This document shows, piece after piece, positions 20,019 to 30,320 of a DNA stretch of 64,000 nucleotides. The stretch comes from Candidatus Latescibacterota bacterium (lineage in GTDB: Bacteria > Latescibacterota > UBA2968), in contig OZ244960.1 of the NCBI GenBank assembly GCA_965222605.1, positions 5,728,001 through 5,792,000 on the forward strand, read 5' to 3'. How positions within the stretch are numbered: position 1 is the first letter of the stretch; every line of letters starts with the position of its first letter. The notes beneath the pieces are model-generated. The model was given only the letters and a program-made list of their open reading frames with translations. It made no database searches and was not told the DNA's origin. Position numbers and translations under genes: made by a program.

Positions 20019-21320
20019 ATGCGAATTGCTTATATTGCCGCTGGTGCCGCGGGCATGTATTGTGGCAGTTGTATTCACGACAATGCGCTGGCCTCTGCTC
20101 TCCAGCGCAAGGGAATAGATTTCGCGCTTATTCCAACGTACACGCCCCTGCGTACCGATGAACCGGGCGCGAGTATCGATCGGGTATTTTACGGTGGCAT
20201 CAATGTTTATCTCCAGCAGAAAATGGGTATTTTTCGGCACACGCCGTATTTTATTGATCGGTTATTGAATAGTCGAATACTGCTCAATAGTCTCGCCCGT
20301 TTCAGTGGATCAACCCGTGCGGAAGACCTCGGCGCACTCACGGTATCGGTTTTAGAAGGGGAAGAAGGCGCGCAAAAAAAAGAACTCGCAAAGCTGGTGC
20401 GCTGGTTAAAAGAGGATTTCCAGCCCGATCTCGTGCAATTGACCAATTCCATGTTTTTGGGCATGGCCAGAGAAATGAAACGAGAACTCGGTGTTCCCAT
20501 TTTGTGTTCTCTGCAAGGCGAAGATATTTTCCTCGAAGGATTGATAGAACCCTACAAATCGGACGCGCGGCAGTGCTTACAAGATCGGGCAAAGGATGTC
20601 GATGGATTTGTCGCTACTTGCGATTATTATGCCGATTTTATGGCCGATTATCTCGATGTGCCGCGCAGTCGAATGCACATCGCGCCTTTGGGTATCAAAT
20701 TAGATGGGCATGGAGAAAGCGATGTAAAGCCAGACCCATTGCCTTTTGCGATTGGTTATCTCGCCCGAATATGTCCCGAGAAGGGGTTGCATGTGCTGGT
20801 TGATGCATTTCATCAATTGGCTGAACAAGTCGGTAAGGAAAATGTAAGACTCAGTGTTGCCGGTTATCTCGGACAAAGAGACGCGCCGTATTTTCAGCGC
20901 GTATGCGAACAAATCGCATCCCGGGGACTTTCCGATGTTTTTGATTATCGCGGGGAAGTCAATCGAGATGAAAAAATTGCATTTCTGAATAGCGTCCATA
21001 TCTTATCCGTACCTACGCCTTATAAAGAGCCTAAAGGACTATCGCTGCTTGAAGCTATGGCCAATGGCGTTCCCGTTGTTCAGCCTCGGCACGGTATTTT
21101 TCCAGAATGGATTGAAAAAACGGGTGGGGGAATTTTGGTAGAGCCAGATTCTTCAGAGGCATTGGCGGCTGGGCTGTTGTGGATGATGAATGACGAAGAA
21201 GGGCGAGAGGCGATGGGGCAAAAAGGCAAAGAAGCAGTGCATCAAAATTTTAGCGACGACGATATGGCGAAAGCAACACTGGCGGTATATCGACAGTATG
21301 TGATGGATTCAAAAACTTAA
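20019..21320 (+). CDS. Glycosyltransferase family 4 (GT-B)
   Basis: ARICPEKG, EPKGLSLLEAMANGVPVV; N-terminal MYCGSC. Confidence 0.88.
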   Translation: MRIAYIAAGAAGMYCGSCIHDNALASALQRKGIDFALIPTYTPLRTDEPGASIDRVFYGGINVYLQQKMGIFRHTPYFIDRLLNSRILLNSLARFSGSTRAEDLGALTVSVLEGEEGAQKKELAKLVRWLKEDFQPDLVQLTNSMFLGMAREMKRELGVPILCSLQGEDIFLEGLIEPYKSDARQCLQDRAKDVDGFVATCDYYADFMADYLDVPRSRMHIAPLGIKLDGHGESDVKPDPLPFAIGYLARICPEKGLHVLVDAFHQLAEQVGKENVRLSVAGYLGQRDAPYFQRVCEQIASRGLSDVFDYRGEVNRDEKIAFLNSVHILSVPTPYKEPKGLSLLEAMANGVPVVQPRHGIFPEWIEKTGGGILVEPDSSEALAAGLLWMMNDEEGREAMGQKGKEAVHQNFSDDDMAKATLAVYRQYVMDSKT

Positions 21321-21333
21321 TACAGGGGGGCAA

Positions 21334-21825
21334 ATGCCGACTTCATCTTCTGGACTTACGTGGTTGATTTTTGCGTTGTTGACTGTGGGGGCGTGGGGTT
21401 TGTACGGGATTTTTTTGCACACCGGGCAGATCGCTATGGGCGATCCCGAAAATGGACGCTACAAGGCGTTTCTTTTTGTGGGAATTGCCTATCTTTTGAC
21501 CGCCGTTATTGGATCTCTCATTGTGCTGGCGATCAACGGCTCGGACTGGACATTCCCGACAAAAGGGCTGACATGGTCGCTGCTGGCTGGTATTGTGGGG
21601 GCAATTGGCGCGTTCGGCGTGCTCCTCGCCTTTGGAGCAAAGGGAACGCCGCCCGTGGTTATGTCCATTGTTTTTGCCGGCGCGCCTATGGTCAATGCTG
21701 TCGTCTCTCTCATTATGCATCCGCCAGCAGGTGGATGGGGCGGTTTGAACTGGCAATTTGTGTTGGGTATTATATTGGCCGCGCTGGGAGGGTGTCTGGT
21801 GACCTTATTTAAACCTTCGTCTTGA
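21334..21825 (+). CDS. Small EamA/DMT-like membrane protein
   Basis: 163 aa, about five TM helices, WGLYG and GAPMVNA motifs. Confidence 0.6.
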   Translation: MPTSSSGLTWLIFALLTVGAWGLYGIFLHTGQIAMGDPENGRYKAFLFVGIAYLLTAVIGSLIVLAINGSDWTFPTKGLTWSLLAGIVGAIGAFGVLLAFGAKGTPPVVMSIVFAGAPMVNAVVSLIMHPPAGGWGGLNWQFVLGIILAALGGCLVTLFKPSS

Positions 21826-21840
21826 TTGAAAATAAAAACT

Positions 21841-22263
21841 ATGCACAGTGAATTTCACACCACACACAGAGTCGCGTTTTCCGATACGGACATGGCCGGG
21901 ATTGTACACTTTTCCCGGTTTTTTGTCTTTATGGAAGCGGCCGAGCACGCTTTTTTGCGCGCGTTGGGTACGAGTGTTTCAACAGAATGGGATGGGAATA
22001 AAATTGGATGGCCGCGGTTGGAGGCGACGTGTACATATCTCAGTCCGGCCGTATTTGAAGATGTGCTGGATATTCATCTGAAGGTGATACGGAAGGGTAC
22101 AAAATCGTTGACCTATCGGTTTGATTTTTTTCGCGGGGAAACGGCTATTGCCCGTGGAAAATTGAGCACGGTATGTTGTATATGCAATCCCGGCGAAAAA
22201 ATCAGGTCCATACCGATCCCAGATTTTATTGCGGAGCAAATTCAGATCGCGGATGAGAGGTGA
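21841..22263 (+). CDS. Hot-dog fold acyl-CoA thioesterase (4HBT/YbgC type)
   Basis: VAFSDTDMAGIVHF motif. Confidence 0.88.
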   Translation: MHSEFHTTHRVAFSDTDMAGIVHFSRFFVFMEAAEHAFLRALGTSVSTEWDGNKIGWPRLEATCTYLSPAVFEDVLDIHLKVIRKGTKSLTYRFDFFRGETAIARGKLSTVCCICNPGEKIRSIPIPDFIAEQIQIADER

Positions 22264-22276
22264 GAAGATGATTGAT

Positions 22277-22303
22277 CTGGATTCCGGCTTTTTCCGGAAT
22301 GAC
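22277..22303. repeat. REP-like palindromic element
   Basis: CTGGATTCCGG-CTTTTT-CCGGAATGAC, matching the widespread GTCATTCC..GGAATCCAG intergenic palindrome type. Confidence 0.6.
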
Positions 22304-22316
22304 GATGGAGCACAAA

Positions 22317-22970
22317 ATGGCACTAAAAATTGAGCATCTTTCCAAACGCTTTGGCGATGTAAATGTTTTGCGGGATATATCTTTTGAAATGGCGGCGGGG
22401 CAATCGCTGAGTGTTATGGGACCTTCGGGGTCGGGAAAGAGTACCTTATTGCATGTGCTGGGTACGCTGGATCGACCATCTGAGGGAAGCCTTGAAATTG
22501 AAGGCCAGGATCCCTACGCATTGTCGGAAATCGAACTCGCGCGGTTTAGAAATCAGGGTATTGGATTTGTGTTTCAAGAGCACCATCTTTTGCCGCAATA
22601 CTCGGTTTTGGAAAATGTTTTGATCCCAACGCTGGCATTTAGAAATGGAGATGCGCGAGACCGCGCCCGAGAGATTATTGATCGCGTGGGCTTGTCGCAT
22701 CGCATTGATCATCGGCCCGCTGAATTATCTGGCGGCGAGCGACAGCGCACAGCTGTTGCGCGTGCCCTCATCAATTCCCCGGCATTGCTTTTGTGCGACG
22801 AGCCAACGGGTAGCCTGGATGGGGCGCGAGCAGAAGAAATAGCCGATCTGCTATTTGAGTTGCACAAGCGTGAAAATAATATTCTGATCTGCGCGACGCA
22901 CAGTACGGCACTGGCCCATCGCTTTGAGCGACGGTTTGATCTGCGGGGTGGAACGTGCGTCGAAGTCTGA
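22317..22970 (+). CDS. ABC transporter ATP-binding protein (LolD/MacB type)
   Basis: GPSGSGKS, IGFVFQ, LSGGERQR, DEPTGSLD. Confidence 0.93.
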   Translation: MALKIEHLSKRFGDVNVLRDISFEMAAGQSLSVMGPSGSGKSTLLHVLGTLDRPSEGSLEIEGQDPYALSEIELARFRNQGIGFVFQEHHLLPQYSVLENVLIPTLAFRNGDARDRAREIIDRVGLSHRIDHRPAELSGGERQRTAVARALINSPALLLCDEPTGSLDGARAEEIADLLFELHKRENNILICATHSTALAHRFERRFDLRGGTCVEV

Positions 22971-25900
22971 TCTATTTCTGGCGAATTAATCTGGCTGTTG
23001 TGCTCGGTGTGGCAGTGGCTACGGCTGTTCTGACGGGTGCTTTGATCGTGGGCGATTCCGTGCGCGGCAGCTTGCGGGATTTGTCGCTGAATCGCCTGGG
23101 AAAAATTGATCACGCCCTGGTATCCGAGCGATTTTTTCGCGCGAGTCTGGGACGCGATCTCGAGCGTGAACTCGACACTCAAGATGTTGTATCGGCCATT
23201 AGCTTGAGTGGAACGGCTGTTCACGCGGGATCGAATACGCGGGCTTCTCGCGTGCAGATTCAGGGTATTGATAATCGCTTTGCAAATCTGTTTGATCAAA
23301 TATTGCCCGAGTTGACGAGCGAGGGAATATTCCCGCCGGTTATTGTCAACGAATCCCTCCAAAAAGAACTCAACGCACAGATTGGCGATGCCATTCTGCT
23401 GTCTTTTGAGCAATCAGATGATATTCACCGCGAATCGCTATTTGGACGTGCTGATGATGCGGTTCAAACAATTCGACTGACACTTGCGGCCGTGCTTCCA
23501 GATAGGGGAATGGGGCGCTTTGGCCTGTTCGCCCGCCAGACGGTTCCTTTTAATGCGTATCTGTCGTTGCCGGTTTTGCAAAAAGCGTTGGGTCAAAGAG
23601 GCCGCGTGAATACATTGCTGGTGTCGGGTGATCCTGATACAGACGTTCAGGAAGCACTTTCCCGCGTTGCAACGCCCGATGATCTCGGCATTGTCATCCG
23701 CCGAGAGGCCGATTATTTCGCTATTGAGAGCACGCAGTTTATTCTCAAATCCCATATCGCGGAAACTATTCAAAAAGTATCTGCCGAATTAAATGCGCCT
23801 CACATGTCCATTCTCACCTATCTGGCGAATACCACACAGGTGGGGAAAAGAGAACTGCCCTATTCTACAATTTCTGCGTTAGATGTTGGAAATCTGGGGG
23901 ATTTTCAGCTTGTAGATGGGTCACTACAACTCGGGGAAGATGATATTTTGCTGAACACCTGGGCGGCTGAGGATTTAAACGCACGGGTTGGCGATGAAGT
24001 CAAAGTTGCCTATTACGAAGTCGCGCCTGGGGAAGAACTTCTGACCCGTTGGGCGCCATTCCAACTCAAGGGTATTGTGGCAATGGCGGGATTGGGGGCG
24101 GATGAAAAGTTGTCTCCCGACTATCCGGGCCTGGGCGATACGAATAATATGGCCGATTGGGAGGCCCCTTTTCCCATAGACCTGAGTCGTGTTCGTCCCA
24201 AAGACGAAGCGTATTGGGACACTTATCGCGATGCGCCAAAAACCTTTGTGTCTGCCGCGACTGGACAGCGATTGTGGAGAAGTCGATTTGGCGTATTAAC
24301 CGCTGTACGCATTGGGGCTATTGCGGGGCGGGATATTGAAATGACAGCAAAGCTATTTGAGGATAGCTTGCGCAAAAACATCGCGCCCGAATCGGTTGAC
24401 CTGACATTTCAGCCTATCAAACAGCAGGGCCTGGTCGCTTCTACGGGGGCAACGGACTTTAGCGGACTGTTTATTGCATTCAGTCAATTCCTGATCATCT
24501 CCGCAGCACTCCTGGTCGGATTATTATTTCGCCTGAGTGTGGAGCAGCGGGGCAGAGAAGTCGGGATGCGGATGGTATCGGGATATACGGGAAAAAAAAT
24601 TCGCCGACTCTTTAGCCGTGAGGGCCTTGTGCTGGCCGGTGTGGGTGGCATCTTGGGGCTGGTAGGCGGTGTTTTCTACGCTTATCTGATTACGGTGGGA
24701 TTGCGTACTTATTGGGTGGGCGCGGTTGGGACGTCTGATCTCTCGCTTCACATCCACACATCAAGTCTGTTATTGGGATATGCCATTTCACTAATCGTGA
24801 TCCTGTTGGCAATCTGGCTCACGCTCCGCCGGTTGGGCAATATTTCTGTTCGCGCATTATTATCGGGTATTACGGAAGTGGTGCGCGCAAAGCCGCGCAC
24901 AAAATGGTATGCTCTGGGCAGCCTCATCCTCGCCGCGCTCAGTCTGGGGGGGGGCGCGACGGTGGATCCATCAACGGGTACAGGTTTGTTTTTTGTTAGT
25001 GGCGCGCTGTGGATGGTTGCGGGGTTGTGCTTTCTCTCGGTCTGGTTTAGACGCGGGCATCGCGCCATAAGAGAAGGTATTGTTGGCATGGGGGTGCAAA
25101 ATAGCAAGCGGCAGCCCGCGCGCAGTTTGCTGTGTGCCTCACTCATCGGATGTGCGTGTTTTGTCATTGTTGCAGTAGGCGCGAATAGGCGAACTGATCT
25201 GACTCAAAATATCGCGCAAGACAAAGCTTCTGGTACGGGCGGCTTTGCCCTTATCGCTGAAGTTGATGTGCCGATTTATCAGGATTTTAATTCAAAAGAC
25301 GGGCAATTTGAACTCGGATTTTCGCAGGCAGATACAGAACTCTTAAATCAAGCGCGGTTCATCCCGCTGCGCGTTTTGCCCGGGGAAGATGCGAGTTGTC
25401 TCAATCTTTATCAGCCCGAAAGCCCGCGTGTTTTGGGGGTTCCCGAAGCTCTACGTCAGCGAGGTGGTTTTACATTTCAGCAAACGAGCACCGAAGTAGA
25501 AAATCCCTGGACTCTATTATCCGAGGATTTGGGCGCAGATGTGATTCCGGCAATTGGGGATTATAATTCGGCTATGTGGATTTTGCACAAGCAATTGGGC
25601 GATGATATTGTGTTGCAGAATGAAATGGGGGAGACTGTCAAGCTGAGATTGGTGGGCTTGTTAAAGACGAGTATTTTTCAAAGTGAATTGCTGATTTCCG
25701 AAGACAATTTTTTGCGACATTTTCCCGACCAAAGTGGGTATGGTGCTTTTCTCGTTGAAACACAACAACCCGTTCAGCTTACTGTGCTTGTGGAAAGCAG
25801 ATTAAAAGACATCGGGTTAGACGCCGTATCCACAGCGCAAAAACTCGCGCATTTTCAGGAGGTCGAAAATACGTATCTCTCCACCTTTCAAACACTGGGG

Positions 25901-26254
25901 GGATTGGGCCTGCTGTTGGGTACGATCGGATTGGGAATCGTCCTGTTGAGAAATGTTATTGAAAGACGCGGTGAATTGGCCGTTCTTCGCGCCTTTGGCT
26001 TTCGCCGCGCTGTGTTGTCGCGCATGTTGCTCGCGGAGAATGGTTTTTTAATGTTCGTGGGCCTGGCTATCGGCAGCGTCTCTGCGCTTATTGCCGTAGC
26101 GCCCCATGTCATAAGCTATGGTGCGTTAATTCCATGGGGATCACTGGGCCTCACACTCGTCATCATATATGGCGCGGGTCTCATCGCAAGTGCGATAGCC
26201 GTTTTCTTCGCCCTGCGAGCACCTTTATTGCCCGCATTGAAACAGGAGATGTGA
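22955..26254 (+). CDS. ABC transporter permease, tandem FtsX/MacB-like
   Basis: 1099 aa, two FtsX-type halves (EQRGREVGM, ERRGELAVLRAFG) with large periplasmic loops. Confidence 0.88.
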   Translation: MRRSLIYFWRINLAVVLGVAVATAVLTGALIVGDSVRGSLRDLSLNRLGKIDHALVSERFFRASLGRDLERELDTQDVVSAISLSGTAVHAGSNTRASRVQIQGIDNRFANLFDQILPELTSEGIFPPVIVNESLQKELNAQIGDAILLSFEQSDDIHRESLFGRADDAVQTIRLTLAAVLPDRGMGRFGLFARQTVPFNAYLSLPVLQKALGQRGRVNTLLVSGDPDTDVQEALSRVATPDDLGIVIRREADYFAIESTQFILKSHIAETIQKVSAELNAPHMSILTYLANTTQVGKRELPYSTISALDVGNLGDFQLVDGSLQLGEDDILLNTWAAEDLNARVGDEVKVAYYEVAPGEELLTRWAPFQLKGIVAMAGLGADEKLSPDYPGLGDTNNMADWEAPFPIDLSRVRPKDEAYWDTYRDAPKTFVSAATGQRLWRSRFGVLTAVRIGAIAGRDIEMTAKLFEDSLRKNIAPESVDLTFQPIKQQGLVASTGATDFSGLFIAFSQFLIISAALLVGLLFRLSVEQRGREVGMRMVSGYTGKKIRRLFSREGLVLAGVGGILGLVGGVFYAYLITVGLRTYWVGAVGTSDLSLHIHTSSLLLGYAISLIVILLAIWLTLRRLGNISVRALLSGITEVVRAKPRTKWYALGSLILAALSLGGGATVDPSTGTGLFFVSGALWMVAGLCFLSVWFRRGHRAIREGIVGMGVQNSKRQPARSLLCASLIGCACFVIVAVGANRRTDLTQNIAQDKASGTGGFALIAEVDVPIYQDFNSKDGQFELGFSQADTELLNQARFIPLRVLPGEDASCLNLYQPESPRVLGVPEALRQRGGFTFQQTSTEVENPWTLLSEDLGADVIPAIGDYNSAMWILHKQLGDDIVLQNEMGETVKLRLVGLLKTSIFQSELLISEDNFLRHFPDQSGYGAFLVETQQPVQLTVLVESRLKDIGLDAVSTAQKLAHFQEVENTYLSTFQTLGGLGLLLGTIGLGIVLLRNVIERRGELAVLRAFGFRRAVLSRMLLAENGFLMFVGLAIGSVSALIAVAPHVISYGALIPWGSLGLTLVIIYGAGLIASAIAVFFALRAPLLPALKQEM

Positions 26255-26260
26255 GGCGCG

Positions 26261-27796
26261 TTAATTTATATTCTTGAGTGCGAGTTCATAGCACGCCGCT
26301 TCCCTGTCGTTTCTCACGAGTAGATAGGGTGCGGCAAGTGTGGGGCTATTCCATGTGTGGTTGCTTAGAGCGGGGAAGCGCGCGCGTTCATTGTGTTCAA
26401 TTGGCGAGGCATCGACGAGTACGATATCGCCCGATTCGGTTTGGATGAGCAAAAGGTCATCTACCAGGATGAGTTGCCCATGCCCATAGCGCCCTCGTTT
26501 CCATTTTCGCTGTCCGTCTGCGAGATCCAAACACACGAGGACGCCATCGTCCAGTCCGTAAATATATCCGTCTTTGTGAACCATATTGGCAAATTTGGCT
26601 TTGAGGCGGGGGCTTTTCCATATTCGGTCGGCTGTAAATTCATCCTGGCTATTTTTTTCAATTTGAATCAGTTCGCAACCAATGCCATAACCGGCCGATA
26701 CAAAGACGCGGTCTCCAGACAGTGGGATGGGTTGGGCAACGTGTTGCGTCATCCCGCTATACCAGGGATATTCCCATAGCAACTTGCCGGAAACTGGATT
26801 GTGACCCGCAACCTGCCCATTGTTAAAAATGATCACTTGATCCATTCCCGCTATGGCAGTTAAACTCGGCGAGCTATGACCCGCTCTTGCATGGCCACCT
26901 CCCCAAATAATATCACCGGTTTCGCGGTGGTATGCCATCAGCGATTGCTCGTTTTGTCCGCCCGGACTCACGATCACTTTGTCGTCTAAAACGAGGGGTG
27001 AACCGCTCATGCCCCATTCTTTAACGCGCGCACCGGTTTCTTTCACGGTATCGCGCGACCAGATTTCTCTACCGGTTTCCAAATCGAGACAGGTGAGGAT
27101 GCCGGTTCCGCCAAAAGAATAAACGCGGTTGCCCGATATGGTGGGCGTGGCTCGCGGACCAATCCCGGCAATCGCGGTTTCATATCGCGCGCGCGCGCTG
27201 TGACGCCATTTCTCTTTTCCGGTTAAAAGGTCGTAACAAGCTACGGTTTCGTCTTCGCCTTTTTGCTCTTGAGTCACGGCAGAGCGTCCAACAACGGCAA
27301 AGGCAGAATAGGCTTCACCAACGGGTACGCGCCAGAGTAGCCTGGGGGGATTTTGATCCCAGTCGGATTCCAGCTCTATTCCTTCGAGCGTGGCGTTGCG
27401 ATGTGGCCCCAAAAATTGAGGATAGTCTATGTCGGGGCCATCTGAAAATTGTCTCGCCACAGATATCGATGTAACAGAAGACCAGCGCCACTCTATCTTG
27501 GGAGCTAAATCGCCCGTAAAACCGCGAATTTGAAATAATGAAACTGTCAGGATGATCAGGAGTATAAGAATACTTAGACCCCGCAGGCGAATTGTCCGAC
27601 TCGCTTGGGAAAAAGCAAAGAACCAGAGACAGAGTAAAATAGAGCCGATTGAGCAAATCAGTATCGTCGGCATAACTTGCATCTGGCGGTCTGGTCTGTC
27701 GGGAATCCAGATCGCCGATAATACAATGATCATTAACGCGGCGATAGAGATAGCGGGCCACCATCGAATGGGTTTGGGATAAAGCGGAGCAGGCAT
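26261..27796 (-). CDS. Membrane-anchored PQQ-like beta-propeller protein
   Basis: Three N-terminal TM segments, DYPQFLGPHRN, GPRATPT, KWKRGRYGHGQ. Confidence 0.85.
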   Translation of the reverse strand: MPAPLYPKPIRWWPAISIAALMIIVLSAIWIPDRPDRQMQVMPTILICSIGSILLCLWFFAFSQASRTIRLRGLSILILLIILTVSLFQIRGFTGDLAPKIEWRWSSVTSISVARQFSDGPDIDYPQFLGPHRNATLEGIELESDWDQNPPRLLWRVPVGEAYSAFAVVGRSAVTQEQKGEDETVACYDLLTGKEKWRHSARARYETAIAGIGPRATPTISGNRVYSFGGTGILTCLDLETGREIWSRDTVKETGARVKEWGMSGSPLVLDDKVIVSPGGQNEQSLMAYHRETGDIIWGGGHARAGHSSPSLTAIAGMDQVIIFNNGQVAGHNPVSGKLLWEYPWYSGMTQHVAQPIPLSGDRVFVSAGYGIGCELIQIEKNSQDEFTADRIWKSPRLKAKFANMVHKDGYIYGLDDGVLVCLDLADGQRKWKRGRYGHGQLILVDDLLLIQTESGDIVLVDASPIEHNERARFPALSNHTWNSPTLAAPYLLVRNDREAACYELALKNIN

Positions 27797-27871
27797 AAAA
27801 ATTCCTTATTTTAAGTGGTCAATGAGTAGTCTAATCAACTCGAGCATCCAACGTATAAAAAAAAGAAAGGT

Positions 27872-27900
27872 TTGACAACCATTCATTAAACGGATATTTT
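27872..27900 (+). promoter_or_regulatory. Sigma70-like promoter
   Basis: TTGACA-17 nt-TATTTT upstream of the gene at 27946. Confidence 0.55.
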
Positions 27901-27945
27901 GAACCTCTGAATTGCGAAATATCACATCACAGAAAGGAGTTTGCG

Positions 27946-29256
27946 ATGAAGAAATGGTTTTGGATTTTGATGGGTTTTTGTCTCATTCCGATTCTGGTTC
28001 AGGCAAAACACCATGCGGTGCAGGAGACACACAACTGGCCCCACTGGCGCGGGCCGAATGCAAATGGCCTCGTGGATACGGGCAATCCCCCCGTGGAATG
28101 GAGCGAGAGTACCAATATTCGCTGGAAAACAAAAATCCCGGGTACGGGGTACGCTACGCCCATTGTATGGGGCGATAAAATTTTTGTCCAGACGGCGATT
28201 AAGACCGACAAAACCGTAGAAGTCGCCCAGAAAGGCAAAAAGCCTTTGCCCTCTCATATCTATCAATTTAAGCTACTTGCACTGGATCGCAAAAGTGGTG
28301 ATGTGGTGTGGGAAAAGACCGTGAGCGAGGCGGTGCCCCACGAAGGTACCCATAAAACGTCTAATTATGCTTCCACATCGGGTGTTACAGATGGCGAACA
28401 CCTGTACGCATTTTTCGGTTCCTGGGGGTTGTATTGCTTTGATTTCGACGGCAATTTGAAATGGGATAAGGACCTGGGCGATATGAGAGTTGCAGGCTCT
28501 TTTGGAGAAGGCACATCACCGACCATTCACGGCAATACGCTGATTATCAACTGGGATCACCAGGGCGATTCGTTTATTGTCGCGCTGGATAAACGCACGG
28601 GTGAGGAAATCTGGCGTACGGCGCGACCGGAGAGAACGTCGTGGAGCACGCCCATGGTTGTCGAACACAAGGGTACGCAACAGATTATTGTGAGCGCGAG
28701 CAAAAAAACCCGTAGTTACGACCTCAAAACCGGCGATGTCTTATGGGAATGCGCGGGATTGGGTACAAATGTCATTCCCACGCCCGTCTATGCCGATGGC
28801 ATCGTGTATGTTACAAGCGGTCATAGACAGCCAGCCATGCAGGCGATTTCACTCGACAAAGCCAAGGGCGATATCACGGGTACAGATGCCGTACTGTGGG
28901 CAGTTACTGGTAATACCCCTTATGTTTCTTCGCCCCTTCTTTCCGGAAACAATATTTATTGCATGAAAAGTACCAGGAACATCTTGTCCTGTTACAATGC
29001 TAAAACAGGCGAAACAGTTTTCGGTCCAGCACGACTCCAGGGATTGGGAAAAATATACTCTCCGCTGGTTGGCACAGGCGACCGCGTGTACATCGCCGGG
29101 ATGGACGGCGTGACATTTGTGATCAAGAACAGCACTAAATTGGAAGTGCTCGCACAAAACAAACTCGACGAGGGTACCAGCGCATCTCCCATTATCGTGG
29201 GCGACGAGTTGTATTTGCGCGGTACCGAACACCTCTATTGTATTGCGGAAAATTGA
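27946..29256 (+). CDS. Secreted PQQ-like beta-propeller protein
   Basis: Signal peptide, NWPHWRGP, LDKRTGEEIW, SWSTP; AAGGAG RBS. Confidence 0.88.
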   Translation: MKKWFWILMGFCLIPILVQAKHHAVQETHNWPHWRGPNANGLVDTGNPPVEWSESTNIRWKTKIPGTGYATPIVWGDKIFVQTAIKTDKTVEVAQKGKKPLPSHIYQFKLLALDRKSGDVVWEKTVSEAVPHEGTHKTSNYASTSGVTDGEHLYAFFGSWGLYCFDFDGNLKWDKDLGDMRVAGSFGEGTSPTIHGNTLIINWDHQGDSFIVALDKRTGEEIWRTARPERTSWSTPMVVEHKGTQQIIVSASKKTRSYDLKTGDVLWECAGLGTNVIPTPVYADGIVYVTSGHRQPAMQAISLDKAKGDITGTDAVLWAVTGNTPYVSSPLLSGNNIYCMKSTRNILSCYNAKTGETVFGPARLQGLGKIYSPLVGTGDRVYIAGMDGVTFVIKNSTKLEVLAQNKLDEGTSASPIIVGDELYLRGTEHLYCIAEN

Positions 29257-29342
29257 TCGCGGATGAAGGGGATAGCGCGGATTTCACGGATTAAATCTAC
29301 GAGAGTTGTAGCGTTCGGTTTGTAAACTTTGAAAGGATTGGT

Positions 29343-30296
29343 ATGCAGTGCAAAGCAGCAGCACTCATCTTCGCGATAGGCGTGTTCATCGGGTGTGGCA
29401 CGCCTCAGGATCGGGCGGATAAATTTCTCAGCGTGGGCACGGCGCCGCCCGGTGGCGCGTTTTTTGTCGTGGGGGGCGCGATTGCTCAGGTTGTCAACGA
29501 TCACATGTCCTGGGAGGTTTCTGCCGAGGCCACCAAAGGTACGCAGGAGAATATTCGCCGTCTTTCGAGTGGGGAATTGGATTTTGCGCTGGCCAATGCT
29601 GCCATTTCCTATTTTGCAGTGCGCGGAGAAGGCGCGTGGGGAGAGAAACAAAATATCAATGCGGTTATGACATTGGCACCGAATGTCGCGCTTTTTATCA
29701 CGCCCCAAAACGCGGGTGTCAATAGTTTGAGCGATCTCATGGGCAAGCGCGTTGTCGTTGGGCCAGCGGGTGCGGGATTCGAGTATTTCTTAAAACCCAT
29801 CCTGAACGCGCACGGGGTCACTTATGACGATTTCACACCGCTTTACAATACGCAGGCGGGAACGGTTGACATGCTCGCCGATGGATCGGCTGCTGCGGCT
29901 TTTTTGGGGGGCGCAGTGCCCACGGCCTCGATCACCCAGGCCAGTGCGTCTCAGGATATTTATTTTATTCCCTTTGATGAATCGGCCAAACAAAGCCTTT
30001 TTGAGACCTATCCCTTCTTTTTTTCCGCAACGATTCCCGCGAATACCTACCGGGGACAAACAGAAGATTTCGCCGGGATGAATGTCGGCTCTATGCATCT
30101 CATCACGCGGGCAAGTTTGAGCGAAGATACGGTTTACAATTTTACTAAGACCCTGTATGAGCACCGCGCGGAAGTTGTAAAAAAACACCCGGCAGGTAAG
30201 GCTATAAATCCCAAGAATATCGTTCGGGATACGGGTGCGCCTTTTCATCCAGGTGCGATAAAATATTTCAAAGAAATTGGTATCTGGCAGGATTAA
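29343..30296 (+). CDS. TAXI-family TRAP solute-binding lipoprotein
   Basis: Lipobox-like FIGC, GTAPPGG, TKGTQENI, PFHPGAIKYFKE. Confidence 0.92.
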   Translation: MQCKAAALIFAIGVFIGCGTPQDRADKFLSVGTAPPGGAFFVVGGAIAQVVNDHMSWEVSAEATKGTQENIRRLSSGELDFALANAAISYFAVRGEGAWGEKQNINAVMTLAPNVALFITPQNAGVNSLSDLMGKRVVVGPAGAGFEYFLKPILNAHGVTYDDFTPLYNTQAGTVDMLADGSAAAAFLGGAVPTASITQASASQDIYFIPFDESAKQSLFETYPFFFSATIPANTYRGQTEDFAGMNVGSMHLITRASLSEDTVYNFTKTLYEHRAEVVKKHPAGKAINPKNIVRDTGAPFHPGAIKYFKEIGIWQD

Positions 30297-30320
30297 ATGG
30301 TTTTGAGTTAGTCAGGCTCT

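Noticed and set aside
29258-29292. Short CGCGGAT/CACGGAT repeats
   Set aside because: Too short and degenerate to assign a function
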